A DNA stretch of 64,000 nucleotides from an uncultured Methanosarcinales archaeon (lineage in GTDB: Archaea; Nanobdellota; Nanobdellia; Woesearchaeales; DATDXC01), in assembly GCA_964510025.1 (NCBI GenBank), contig CAZDZV010000006.1:11143-75142 (forward strand), in the 5' to 3' direction. The notes beneath the pieces are model-generated. The model made no database searches, was not told the DNA's origin, and saw only the letters and a list, made by a program, of their open reading frames with translations. A program made the position numbers and the translations under genes. The number at the start of each line of letters is the position of its first letter. The first letter of the stretch is position 1. This document shows positions 8,005 through 17,069 of the stretch, piece by piece.

Positions 8005-9669
8005 ATGAAAAAAGGAACTGTACTGCTACTAATCTTGATAGTAAGCTCTTTTGCTAGCTTGGCAGATGAAGTCCTCATAAATTCCAAAGACTGGAAAGAT
8101 GTATACTCGGGCATGCAGTACGGATTTCTTTCCGGCAAAACGCCAAAATTCATAACAGGAGAAAAGCATGCCACCGTAATACTTAATGAGATCCGAAAGC
8201 AGGGCAACTTCATTGAGGTATACAGCTCACGGGACAAGCCTTTTATTATCGGTTATGAGTCGCTGCTTCTGTCAGAAGGCTATGATGCAGCCGAGACTAC
8301 ATCAAGATCATTGAGTATAGAACTCGCAAAAAAGCTTACGAATGTCACACGATTCATAATCATAGACGATTCCTACGGCTATAATGCAGTCGCAGCTTCT
8401 CCTTATGCGATGGTCACAGATGCGTATGTTCTTTTTGCAGACCGTAGCAACATTGGAGAGATTGTCAATTTCCTCGAAAGCCGTACTGTATCTTATCTAA
8501 TGATCTACGGGCACGTGGATAGGGAAGTCAGGGAAAGGCTTGCGAAGTTTAATCCTGAAGTGATAAACAATGACGGCGACAGGTTTGAGAATAATATTGA
8601 CATTGTAGAAAAATACAAGGAAGTTGAATCTACCAGGCAGGTTATCCTTACAAACGGTGAGTTCCTGGAAGGGGAGATACTGTCTGGAAACTTCCCGGTG
8701 CTGTTCATAGGGCAGAACAATGTGCCTGAAAAGATAAGGGAATATATCGTCAATAGTGATATAGAGGTCGGTGTCCTGATAGGGAACGATCTTGTTGGCA
8801 CAGCGAGCGTGGTAAGGAGACAGACAGGCATCAGCACATTTGTTAAATTTGCAAGGTCAGCCAGGCAACCACAGGGTGCAATCTCCCAGGTTGAGGGCCT
8901 GGACATATTCAGGGTTCCCAGATATGAGCTAAGCCTGAGCATCGATTCAGTAAGGTATAATGCAGCCGCAAGGCAGCTTGAGGTTTCGATAAAGAATGAT
9001 GTGGACCTTTCGACGTATCTGAGGGGGACATACACTCTCACCAGCGGAGACCAGGAGCAGACTGTAGGGGATGTCGATCCTGTTTTCTTGGAAGGCCAAG
9101 ATACAAAGACAGTTGTCTATGATATTGATCCGATAGCTGGTGAAGAGGACATAACAGCAAGAGTTTTCATAATCTATGGGGAATCCAAAGGTTCTCTAGA
9201 AAGGATATTGGAAGGGACCTACCCTGTAGACAGGATAGATGTGCTTGATGACACCTCTGTCACCATACAAAAAGTAGTCTACAACAAAGGGAACGACAAG
9301 TTCCATATCTATCTCACAAATGCTGGGGATATACCAGCTTACGCAGATACCGAGATCATAGACCTCCTTATAATAGATGAAAGGCAGACTTTTGGCTCAG
9401 ATGAAGTGATAAAGATAATGCCTGGAAGAACCAGGGCTTCTACAATTAAGGTTGAGCTGGCAGATGAGGACTTGGAGAACAATGAGATAGTGAGAGCCAG
9501 AGCTTATTACGGCCAGAGGGAGGATGCTCTTGTCAAGATCGTTGAAGGTGATTTTGAGCTGGTTATAAAAGCCTTTGATATAATGACATACTTGCCAGTA
9601 GCCCTCATCCTAGTGCTACTAATCTTGATATTGCTGGCCAGAAAGAAAAAGAAGAAAAAGAAATTCTAA
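8005..9669 (+). CDS. Secreted surface protein with C-terminal TM anchor and polylysine tail
   Basis: Signal peptide MKKGTVLLLILIVSSFASLA. C-terminal LPVALILVLLILILLA then RKKKKKKKF, the same architecture as 2767-4134. Confidence 0.45.
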   Translation: MKKGTVLLLILIVSSFASLADEVLINSKDWKDVYSGMQYGFLSGKTPKFITGEKHATVILNEIRKQGNFIEVYSSRDKPFIIGYESLLLSEGYDAAETTSRSLSIELAKKLTNVTRFIIIDDSYGYNAVAASPYAMVTDAYVLFADRSNIGEIVNFLESRTVSYLMIYGHVDREVRERLAKFNPEVINNDGDRFENNIDIVEKYKEVESTRQVILTNGEFLEGEILSGNFPVLFIGQNNVPEKIREYIVNSDIEVGVLIGNDLVGTASVVRRQTGISTFVKFARSARQPQGAISQVEGLDIFRVPRYELSLSIDSVRYNAAARQLEVSIKNDVDLSTYLRGTYTLTSGDQEQTVGDVDPVFLEGQDTKTVVYDIDPIAGEEDITARVFIIYGESKGSLERILEGTYPVDRIDVLDDTSVTIQKVVYNKGNDKFHIYLTNAGDIPAYADTEIIDLLIIDERQTFGSDEVIKIMPGRTRASTIKVELADEDLENNEIVRARAYYGQREDALVKIVEGDFELVIKAFDIMTYLPVALILVLLILILLARKKKKKKKF

Positions 9670-9710
9670 AAAGGTAAACTATTTAAACATATCAGCAACT
9701 TTAGAGGTAG

Positions 9711-9986
9711 GTGAAGACTATGGCAAAGAAAAAGAAAGAAAACGCCCCCCAGAGTGTTAGCAAAGAGGAGCAGATCGGTTTTCATAAGGGCGCTTTATCC
9801 ACATTAGCTAAAGAAAGGGAAGAGATGATGAGGATATTGCAGATTGTTGAGCAGCTTATGCAGATGCACATTAAAGGGTTGAAGGATTTGGGAATAGACT
9901 TAGAGGCAGCTGCAAAAAAAAACCAGAAACAGTCTGAAAAGAAGCCAAAGGAGCCTAAGAAACCCATAGAGGATATGCTTAGATGA
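9711..9986 (+). CDS. Small charged coiled-coil protein, unknown function
   Basis: 91 aa, Lys-rich termini, central amphipathic helix (EREEMMRILQIVEQLMQMHIKGLKDLG). Overlaps the next gene by 4 nt. Confidence 0.3.
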   Translation: MKTMAKKKKENAPQSVSKEEQIGFHKGALSTLAKEREEMMRILQIVEQLMQMHIKGLKDLGIDLEAAAKKNQKQSEKKPKEPKKPIEDMLR

Positions 9987-10378
9987 TTTTTTATGCATTT
10001 GGCCATCCAAAAATTAGCGCTAAGCATAGGACCACCCTGGAGTTCACCAAAAGCCCAAGCCTGACAAAAGCAGGAGACTGTATTCTTGGGGTAAATTCTG
10101 ATTTTGACCCAGATAGCTTAATAAGATTCATCCAGAACAGAAAAATCCTAAGCATGGCTATATCTGCTGGCCAGATATCTGATGAGCTTACTTTCACCGT
10201 AAACCCAGGTTTTAGAAGCAGAGAAGAGCTGGTAATAAGGAAAAGTGATTTTATCTCAGAACGGACCTTAGGCACCAATGCCGATAAAGCCTGCACCGAT
10301 ATAAACAGGGATTTGATCAAAAAATTAAGGAATAAAGAAAAAATCAAGATACAGCTGTATGAAAAAGACGCTAAGTAA
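9983..10378 (+). CDS. DUF371-like archaeal protein
   Basis: N-terminal FGHPKISAKHRTTLEFTKS matches the conserved GHPN(I/V)xATH(K/R)TT(L/F)E(I/F)T signature recalled for DUF371. Operon position next to a PUA protein. Confidence 0.4.
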   Translation: MIFYAFGHPKISAKHRTTLEFTKSPSLTKAGDCILGVNSDFDPDSLIRFIQNRKILSMAISAGQISDELTFTVNPGFRSREELVIRKSDFISERTLGTNADKACTDINRDLIKKLRNKEKIKIQLYEKDAK

Positions 10379-10811
10379 AAAAGATAAAAAAGAGATAAAT
10401 GAGAGGATAAGACAGTACAATTACCAGATAGACAAGAAACAGAAAGCTGATATTCTAGATGACAGGATCCTGGTCGAAGATGAGGCTTTGCTCTTTCGCA
10501 AAGACAGCGATATTTACCCCACCTTAAGGCTGATCCTCAAACAGGATACAAAGCTGAAGAAGATTACAGTGGATATGGGCGCTATCAGGTTTATCGCAGA
10601 TGGTGCAGATATCATGCGTCCCGGAATCGTGCATATTGAACCAGGAATCCAGAAAGGGGATCCTGTCGTTATAGTGGACATCGAACATGAGAAGCCATTT
10701 GCGCTTGGGATCTCTCTTCATAGTTCAGAGGATATGCAGAAAACGCAATCCGGAAAAGCGATCAAAAATATCCATTATGTGGGAGACGATATCTGGAACA
10801 CTAGTCACTAG
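10359..10811 (+). CDS. PUA-domain RNA-binding protein (MCT-1/Tma20-like, DUF1947+PUA)
   Basis: C-terminal IRFIADGADIMRPGIVHIEPGIQKGDPVVIVDIEHEKPFALGISL is a canonical PUA fold signature. Size and N-terminal region are consistent with the archaeal MCT-1 homolog. Confidence 0.55.
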   Translation: MKKTLSKKDKKEINERIRQYNYQIDKKQKADILDDRILVEDEALLFRKDSDIYPTLRLILKQDTKLKKITVDMGAIRFIADGADIMRPGIVHIEPGIQKGDPVVIVDIEHEKPFALGISLHSSEDMQKTQSGKAIKNIHYVGDDIWNTSH

Positions 10812-11262
10812 CTTTTATTCTTCTTGTTTTGGGGACATAGTTCAGCAGTTTATCTCCCGCAATCTTGCCGCACCCTAGGAAGTCATCCTTGTTTCTAACC
10901 AGCACGAATCCTGTCAGGCTGCCTTTATATTCCAGGTCATAGCCTTTGAGCCATTCTCGGGACTTTTTCTCATCCAGTTCAAGAATATTTTTGCATGCGC
11001 ATGGGCCTATGAGCTGGCTTCCTTCTATGCTAAGCCTTACCTGATCTTCTCTAAGTTCTGCGATATATAGTCCATAAGAATTTACTCTTAGTTTAGACAG
11101 ATCAATTTTTTTTACGTCCTCATTCACGATATATATCTTGTCCTTCTGGCTCAGCAGGAAGACATAATCAAGATCCTCCTCGAAGCCAAATTGCCTCCTG
11201 AATATCCCTAGAATGCCCTGTTTTTCCTTGTTGTTGAGTATCTTAAGCTTCATATTCCCCAT
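10801..11262 (-). CDS. NIP7-like ribosome-biogenesis factor (PUA-like)
   Basis: 153 aa. C-terminal GSLTGFVLVRNKDDFLGCGKIAGDKLLNY parallels NIP7's GVVVYSMADIPLGFGVAAK region. Overlaps aIF5B by 13 nt. Confidence 0.45.
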   Translation of the reverse strand: MGNMKLKILNNKEKQGILGIFRRQFGFEEDLDYVFLLSQKDKIYIVNEDVKKIDLSKLRVNSYGLYIAELREDQVRLSIEGSQLIGPCACKNILELDEKKSREWLKGYDLEYKGSLTGFVLVRNKDDFLGCGKIAGDKLLNYVPKTRRIKASD

Positions 11263-13007
11263 ACAGGATTGTTCTTTCTCTTCATCTGCGAGATTTCCTT
11301 CAGCAGCTCGATCTCTTCCTTGGACAAGTACTGCTTCAGCTCCTTCATCTTTCTGAAATCGTCTTCAGGTATGTCTGAATAGAGGATATCCCCCTCATTG
11401 ATCTGCCTTCCTACTGTAACTCCGTCCACAGATATGGCTATCTGCTGGTTCCTCTCTGCCACCCTTATGTTTTCCTGGTCTTTCTGCATGGCTTTTATCT
11501 CTCCGATGGTCCGCCCGTCCTCTTTCATTATGGGGGTGCCTATTCTAAGCTTGCCCGCTATGATATCTACCCCGCATATTGCTGGGTTGGACTGTCTGAA
11601 TACATAGCCTTTCATCAGCTGTAGCTTGGCAGGCCTTACCAGCTCATCAAGCTGTCCGGCCTCTAATCTTGTCTTTTCTTGCTGCTGCCATTTTTCTAGA
11701 TCTTCGATAAGCTTGTAGATTACGTCATTTGTGATTACCTTTACATTCTCCTTGCATATTCCTGAACTGTCTTCGACATTAAAGCCGAGCACGACAGAAT
11801 ACAGCGGATTTGACTCATAATTCGCCTCAGCATCTGCAAGCTCTTTTTTCTTAATAGTGCCGATGGTGGCCTTTTTTATCGGAACATCTTTGTCCCTTAG
11901 CAGTTTTATCAGCGCTTCCAGGGATCCCAGAGTATCTGCCTTGATGACAACCCCTTCCTTGTCTGTTTCAATGACAACCTCCTCAATTTCTTTTTGGACC
12001 TCCTCTTTTGCTTTATCTATGTTATCCGAAGCAGCTCTTATCGGCATTCCGGCTACTACAGCCTCCACACCAGGCGCAATTATCCTTACACCTGTAGCAG
12101 CGACCACCTCCTTCACAGGCTTGAACCTGCTTTTCCTGTCCCTCATCTCAGCCAGTGCTGCTGGCTCAAAAAGCCCCCTTACCTTGGTCACTATAGGTTC
12201 ACCCAGCGACCCGATAACGATAGTATCGTTCTTCTTCAGCGTTCCATCGTAGATTATGACATCCAGACAGGTGCCAAGCCCTTTCTGCTCTTTTACTTCC
12301 ATTATAGTGCCTTTTGCTTTGCCGCTGACATCGCACTTAAGGCAGCTCTCCAGAAATTTCTGTGCCAGTCCTGTGAGGACCATCAGAAGCTCAGCTATAC
12401 CTTCGCCTGTGTGCGCTGATGTAGGCACTATGGCTATCTGCTTGGTATAGTCATCAATCCTATCAAACCTTTCTGAGTTGAATCCAAGCTCAGATAATTT
12501 CCCCACAAGAGTGTAGATCTTGTTGTCCAGCTGCTGACGCACAGACTCTGCCTGGCTGCCTATGTTTTCAATCAAAAAATCCTTTTTTTTCTGCCAACCC
12601 GAAACAAGGTCAATCTTGTTCGCGGCGATGACAAAGGGGGTCTTATAGTTCTTCAATATCTCAATGGATTCCATTGTCTGGGGCTTGACGCCTTCATTGA
12701 TATCTACAACTAAGATAGCAATATCTGCCAGATTTCCCCCTCTTTTTCGAAGATTTGTAAAAGCTGCATGCCCCGGCGTATCGATAAACAGCAATCCCGG
12801 GATAGTAAGCTCCATCTTTAGCGAGGTCAGCAGTTTTCCGCAGATCTTTCTTATAACGTCCAAAGGGATTATGGAAGCGCCAATAGCCTGTGTGATTGCT
12901 CCTGCCTCTGCTTTTACAATAGCTGTCCCCCTGATCTGATCAAGGATGCTTGATTTTCCGTTGTCTACATGGCCCAATGTGGTGCATATTAAGCTTCTTG
13001 TTACCAT
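11250..13007 (-). CDS. infB: Translation initiation factor aIF5B (IF-2 homolog) GTPase
   Basis: G1 motif LGHVDNGKSSILD, G3 motif IDTPGHAAF, NKID, and full-length ~585 aa with beta-barrel domains. Confidence 0.9.
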   Translation of the reverse strand: MVTRSLICTTLGHVDNGKSSILDQIRGTAIVKAEAGAITQAIGASIIPLDVIRKICGKLLTSLKMELTIPGLLFIDTPGHAAFTNLRKRGGNLADIAILVVDINEGVKPQTMESIEILKNYKTPFVIAANKIDLVSGWQKKKDFLIENIGSQAESVRQQLDNKIYTLVGKLSELGFNSERFDRIDDYTKQIAIVPTSAHTGEGIAELLMVLTGLAQKFLESCLKCDVSGKAKGTIMEVKEQKGLGTCLDVIIYDGTLKKNDTIVIGSLGEPIVTKVRGLFEPAALAEMRDRKSRFKPVKEVVAATGVRIIAPGVEAVVAGMPIRAASDNIDKAKEEVQKEIEEVVIETDKEGVVIKADTLGSLEALIKLLRDKDVPIKKATIGTIKKKELADAEANYESNPLYSVVLGFNVEDSSGICKENVKVITNDVIYKLIEDLEKWQQQEKTRLEAGQLDELVRPAKLQLMKGYVFRQSNPAICGVDIIAGKLRIGTPIMKEDGRTIGEIKAMQKDQENIRVAERNQQIAISVDGVTVGRQINEGDILYSDIPEDDFRKMKELKQYLSKEEIELLKEISQMKRKNNPVWGI

Positions 13008-13025
13008 GATTTTTGGATTTTTTGG

Positions 13026-13454
13026 TTGTTTTTAAATGTTGCTACTTTTTCCGAACATAAATCATTATATATTCAGATGCATTCGAAATATAGAGTGGTT
13101 TGCATGCATTGGAAGCAGATAGCTCTTTTGGTTATGTTCGGGGTTGTAGGTGTTAATTTACTTGGAAGATCCTATATCCCCCCATTGGAAGCTGGCCAGG
13201 AGATGGAAATGTTTTTTACAGTGCGCAATCCGACAAAGTATGATCTTGAGGATCTAAATGTCAAGGTGCACATCTATGATCTAGGGTTGACGCTTTTTTC
13301 AAATGAATTTCACTTAAATGACGAAACGCATAAGCTTGTCAGGATCAGCTGGATAGCACCCTCAAGGCTTGGCAAAGGCAGCTACCTTGCTAGAATTTCC
13401 GTTGGAAATGACCATCTTAAGGATATAAACCATGTCTCCCTTACTGCAAATTGA
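13026..13454 (+). CDS. Hypothetical membrane-anchored beta-rich protein
   Basis: N-terminal TM (IALLVMFGVVGVNLL), no recognisable catalytic motif. Confidence 0.3.
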   Translation: MFLNVATFSEHKSLYIQMHSKYRVVCMHWKQIALLVMFGVVGVNLLGRSYIPPLEAGQEMEMFFTVRNPTKYDLEDLNVKVHIYDLGLTLFSNEFHLNDETHKLVRISWIAPSRLGKGSYLARISVGNDHLKDINHVSLTAN

Positions 13455-13489
13455 AAAGTTTTTTATTGTGATTTCTTTTTCTGGTTTTT

Positions 13490-14488
13490 ATGCAGGAAGG
13501 AAAGGCAAAGATCTCCTATAAGCCTGGAAAGATAAGCAAAGCAATGGAAGTGTTCTATAACCCTGTTATGAGACTAAATAGGGACATAACCATTTTGCTG
13601 CTTAGCTGCATCAAAGAAAGCAACCTTGCTGTCGCAGACCCCTTGGCAGGAACAGGAATACGGAGTATAAGGCTCATGTTGGAGCTGAAAAGAAAGATCA
13701 AAAGCATCTTTATAAATGATAATTCAGAAAAAGCTGTAAGATGCATAAGAAAAAACCTTAAAATAAATAAAATTAAGGAGGGTGTGGTTGTGTCAAACCA
13801 GGACGCAAACCTTTTTCTGCTGAATTCACAAGGATTTGACTTTATTGATATAGACCCCTTCGGAACGCCTAACCCTTATCTTGATTCGGCAGTTAAGAGA
13901 ATATCAAGAAAAGGCATCATGGCTGTGACTGCAACTGATACCTCAGCTCTTGCAGGGACATACCCCAAGGCATGCCTTAGAAAATATTGGGCGCATCCCT
14001 TGAGAAATGAGCTTATGCATGAGGTTGGCATTAGGATACTGATAAGAAAAGTGCAGCTGGTTGGCGCCCAGTATGATAAGGCCATGATACCTATTTTCTC
14101 CTATTCCAAGGACCATTATATGAGGATATTTCTTCGGTGCAATAAAGGAAAGGGCCACGTGGATAGCCTTCTTAGTGAGCATGGACTCTTCAGAAAGGCA
14201 GGGCCATTGTGGCTTGGTAAGCTTTGGGACAGCAGGCTGGCATCAAAGATGTACAGGAACAATAGTGTTGATGAAAATAAGAGGTTCCTTGGGATAATCA
14301 AAGACGAGAGCAGAATTGACACTGTTGGATTCATTGATACCCATAGGATCGCTAAGCAGGTACCTAGGAAATCAGAGATGATCAATAAGATAAAGGGCCT
14401 TGGCTTCAAAGCTTCTGAAACACATTTTAGCGATACAGGGATAAGGACAGATATCGATTTTGACAGGATTATCCAACTGCTCTCCTGA
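13490..14488 (+). CDS. trm1: tRNA (guanine26-N2)-dimethyltransferase Trm1
   Basis: FYNPVMRLNRDI, ADPLAGTGIRSIR and DIDPFGTP are Trm1 signature blocks. Length 332 aa. Confidence 0.85.
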   Translation: MQEGKAKISYKPGKISKAMEVFYNPVMRLNRDITILLLSCIKESNLAVADPLAGTGIRSIRLMLELKRKIKSIFINDNSEKAVRCIRKNLKINKIKEGVVVSNQDANLFLLNSQGFDFIDIDPFGTPNPYLDSAVKRISRKGIMAVTATDTSALAGTYPKACLRKYWAHPLRNELMHEVGIRILIRKVQLVGAQYDKAMIPIFSYSKDHYMRIFLRCNKGKGHVDSLLSEHGLFRKAGPLWLGKLWDSRLASKMYRNNSVDENKRFLGIIKDESRIDTVGFIDTHRIAKQVPRKSEMINKIKGLGFKASETHFSDTGIRTDIDFDRIIQLLS

Positions 14489-14747
14489 CATCGATAATCT
14501 CTGCAGAATTAACTCCCTCTAAATCTGAGATCTGTTCTGCAACAGGGTCGGGGCTTCCTTTCTGCTCATCCATCACAAAGAAAATCTTCAAAGCCTTAAG
14601 ACCGAAAGCAACCGGTTCTATCTCTGTTTTTGTCTCCCCTTCACCTGCAAATTCAGCAATCTTGGCCTTTGCTTTGGTCTCAACCTTAGAAAGATCGATT
14701 TCAGGTGACTGGGGCATTATCTTGACAGTTACAATCGCATTTGCCAT
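14469..14747 (-). CDS. Elongation factor 1-beta (aEF-1beta)
   Basis: 92 aa. IVTVKIMPQSPEIDL ... VAFGLKALKIFFVMDE ... DLEGVNSAEIIDV matches archaeal EF-1beta. Confidence 0.8.
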   Translation of the reverse strand: MANAIVTVKIMPQSPEIDLSKVETKAKAKIAEFAGEGETKTEIEPVAFGLKALKIFFVMDEQKGSPDPVAEQISDLEGVNSAEIIDVRRAVG

Positions 14748-14748
14748 C

Positions 14749-14916
14749 TTAGTTCGGACCAGTAAAGCCGCAAGAAGGGCATGTATATTTAGCAGATATG
14801 GATCTGCAGTGCTTGCACCTTATTACCTCATGCTTGCCGCATTTAGGGCAGGGAAACCTTGCTGTGCCTTCAAGATTGGTGATTCTCACCCTGCATGAAG
14901 AGCATTTTAATTCCAT
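14749..14916 (-). CDS. 55-aa four-cysteine-pair Zn-ribbon protein, conserved partner of aEF-1beta; absent from the ORF track
   Basis: Manual minus-strand translation: MELKCSSCRVRITNLEGTARFPCPKCGKHEVIRCKHCRSISAKYTCPSCGFTGPN. CxxC x4. The stop is 1 nt upstream of the EF-1beta ATG. It replaces the spurious plus-strand ORF 14662-14898. Confidence 0.7.
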   Translation of the reverse strand: MELKCSSCRVRITNLEGTARFPCPKCGKHEVIRCKHCRSISAKYTCPSCGFTGPN

Positions 14917-14939
14917 GATGCTTAGGACTCTGCCTCGCT

Positions 14940-15980
14940 TTAAAAAGGTTTTGTTTCGATAATATTTTCTTTTACAGAAATCTTTCTTCCCAAAAACCTT
15001 TCACAGACATATATGTTGGTAAGGGTATGGTCTGATACCTGTGATACCTTTATCCTTTGGCCTTTTAATGCCAAAAAAGGGATTAGGTTGTCTGCAAGAT
15101 GCTGATCAACCGGAGCTTTGCTCTCAATTTCTTTCAATAGCATCTCTGCAGCTTCCTTACCCACATCTTCAGCTCTCTTTCCCTTTTCACCCAGGGAATC
15201 TGACCCTATCCTGACAGGATTTTCATAGTCTATCTCTTCAGCATCTTTTGAGAAGATAGCCCATAGTGTGATGCCAGAGCCTGTAGACTCAGTGTTGCAG
15301 TATTCCGCCCTTATCTCCACAGGACATGACAGCTTGCTGAGCAGAAGCTTCGCAGTTCTTGCCTGCCTTTCGGCGACCTGTGCTTTTTGCAGTTCAAGCG
15401 AAGCATGAGATATGCCTTTTATCTGTATTAGCCTGCCCTGCTCTACTAGATCTATCTTTTTGTCTGACTCTTTTGGTTTTATCTTGAGGTCTATCCTGCC
15501 GCCTCCTTTCGGATAATACCCGCGTCTTATGATGCGGGAATCAATCGCTGCATATTTCAGCAGATGCACCAAAAAAACATTCTTGAAATAATCAAAAGGA
15601 ATGGCCCATCTTGTATCTGTGCCCCCGGTTATCTTGAGCCTGGATGGTCTTTTGGCTAGCACCAATGGCAGCACTATCGACTGGAGCAGAAGGCTTACCG
15701 AACCTGCAGTGCCGATATCAATAGACAAGTTTTGCGGCTTTATCGCCCCCGGTATATACCTTAATTTCAGGGACCCTACTTCTCCTCCCCCTGCCTTGGC
15801 TCCGGCAAGCATTTCAAGGGCTTTTATGCAATGGCTGTGCTGGGCCTTTAGCCCCGGGTTGGCCCTGCCCTGCCTTATGTTCTTTATCTCAAATGGTTTT
15901 CCGGTCATCGTAGACAATGCCAGCGCAGTCCTTACGATCTGCCCGCCTCCTTCGCCATAGCTGCCGTCTATTTCAATCAT
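14940..15980 (-). CDS. rtcA: RNA 3'-terminal phosphate cyclase RtcA
   Basis: MIEIDGSYGEGGGQIVRTALALS and the His-containing HSHCIKALE region are typical. Start moved to the internal ATG at 15980, because TATTTAAAT lies ~25 nt upstream, consistent with a leaderless mRNA. The ORF-track start at 16019 adds 13 unmatched aa. Confidence 0.85.
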   Translation of the reverse strand: MIEIDGSYGEGGGQIVRTALALSTMTGKPFEIKNIRQGRANPGLKAQHSHCIKALEMLAGAKAGGGEVGSLKLRYIPGAIKPQNLSIDIGTAGSVSLLLQSIVLPLVLAKRPSRLKITGGTDTRWAIPFDYFKNVFLVHLLKYAAIDSRIIRRGYYPKGGGRIDLKIKPKESDKKIDLVEQGRLIQIKGISHASLELQKAQVAERQARTAKLLLSKLSCPVEIRAEYCNTESTGSGITLWAIFSKDAEEIDYENPVRIGSDSLGEKGKRAEDVGKEAAEMLLKEIESKAPVDQHLADNLIPFLALKGQRIKVSQVSDHTLTNIYVCERFLGRKISVKENIIETKPF

Positions 15981-16107
15981 GCGAATATAGAATTGATAAG
16001 GATTTAAATATCTTGCCAATAAAAAAAATAAGAAAAAATAAAAAAAATCTATGTGAGGAACTTTGGTTCTCTCACCTCAGATAGCCAAATTTAGGTGTTA
16101 ATAGCTT

Positions 16108-16220
16108 AAAAAGCGTAGTTTATTTATAAATACGCTTATATTTGCCAAAATTTAAAGCTTTATATAGCCTCCTAAAGCTTTATAAAAGATAATTTAGCCC
16201 TTTAAAACTTTATATATGCA
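16108..16220. promoter_or_regulatory. Cluster of BRE/TATA-like AAAGCTTTATA(T/A)A elements plus inverted repeat AAGCGTA-N13-TACGCTT
   Basis: AAAGCTTTATATA at 16154, AAAGCTTTATAAAA at 16174, AAAACTTTATATAT at 16204. Inverted repeat at 16111-16138. All in the intergenic region between divergent rtcA and the 16287 gene. Confidence 0.35.
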
Positions 16221-16286
16221 TTATTGACCTATATCTCTTAAGCAATATTAGAAATCTTTTTAAAGAGTAGTCAGTTAGTAGAATCC

Positions 16287-16934
16287 ATGAAGAGAATAGC
16301 TGTTTTGGCGATGCTCATATTACTCTCGCAAATGTCTTTTGGCGCTATTCTTCATGGCACAATATACGACACGAAGTTCAATAAGCTAAACGATGTTATA
16401 GTTGAGATAAATTCAACTCCCCCCCAGATCTTTGTTTCTAAAGAAGGGCAATATTCTTTTGTTCTTGACCCAGGACCATATAAGATCACCGCTAAATACC
16501 AGCTCAGTGATGCAAACTACCTTTATTCAGAGTCAAACGTGACAATCGCCAGGAATGGCTACTTTCTGGTAGACCTGTTCCTTAGGCCTGCCAGGAAGAT
16601 TGAAATGCCGACAGGAGCTGTTGTCGGAACCAACGTATTCCTAAATTATTCGATACTCGCATCGGTTAGCGTAACTCTGCTTATAATTTTGGGATTCTCA
16701 GTCTACAAGCTTCGTTCCAGCAATCCTCAAGCCCCTGAATTTGATGACTATACAAACAAGGTCCTTAATGCTGTCAGGGAAGAGGGAGGTAGGACCACCC
16801 AGAAGGACATAAGGAAAAAGATAGCATTGTCTGAAGGAAAGATAAGCCTCATAATATCTGATTTAGAGAACAAAGGGATATTGAAGAGGATCAAAAAAGG
16901 AAGGGGAAACATCATTATCTTAAGCAAGAGATAG
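16287..16934 (+). CDS. Membrane-anchored protein with C-terminal winged-helix DNA-binding domain
   Basis: Signal/TM at the N-terminus, a second TM (LASVSVTLLIILGFSVY), and C-terminal TQKDIRKKIALSEGKISLIISDLENKGILKRIKKGRGNIIILS, which is wHTH-like. Confidence 0.4.
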   Translation: MKRIAVLAMLILLSQMSFGAILHGTIYDTKFNKLNDVIVEINSTPPQIFVSKEGQYSFVLDPGPYKITAKYQLSDANYLYSESNVTIARNGYFLVDLFLRPARKIEMPTGAVVGTNVFLNYSILASVSVTLLIILGFSVYKLRSSNPQAPEFDDYTNKVLNAVREEGGRTTQKDIRKKIALSEGKISLIISDLENKGILKRIKKGRGNIIILSKR

Positions 16935-17069
16935 TTCTATAGAAAAGTTTATAAACAATCTAAGCTAGAGCACTTCAGAAGGGGGTTGTTTAATATTGTT
17001 CAACCATTTAACAATATTCAACCATTTTACAATTAAACCACAGATTTATGGTTAAAAAAGTGGGTTTTT

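Noticed and set aside
14662-14898. Plus-strand 78-aa ORF
   Set aside because: It lies antisense to a much better minus-strand 55-aa Zn-ribbon gene with four CxxC pairs in conserved context with EF-1beta.
15981-16019. N-terminal extensions in ORF-track calls (RtcA MARYLNPYQFYIR; also TFS 50915, GT2 32152, sulfotransferases 23547 and 29434)
   Set aside because: The extensions overlap upstream genes or promoter elements and add residues not found in the families. Internal ATGs with upstream TATA-like boxes were preferred.
16053-16079. GTGAG...CTCAC short inverted repeat after rtcA start region as an intrinsic terminator
   Set aside because: It lies upstream (5') of rtcA and has no convincing oligo-T tail on either strand. 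More likely part of the promoter/regulatory cluster.
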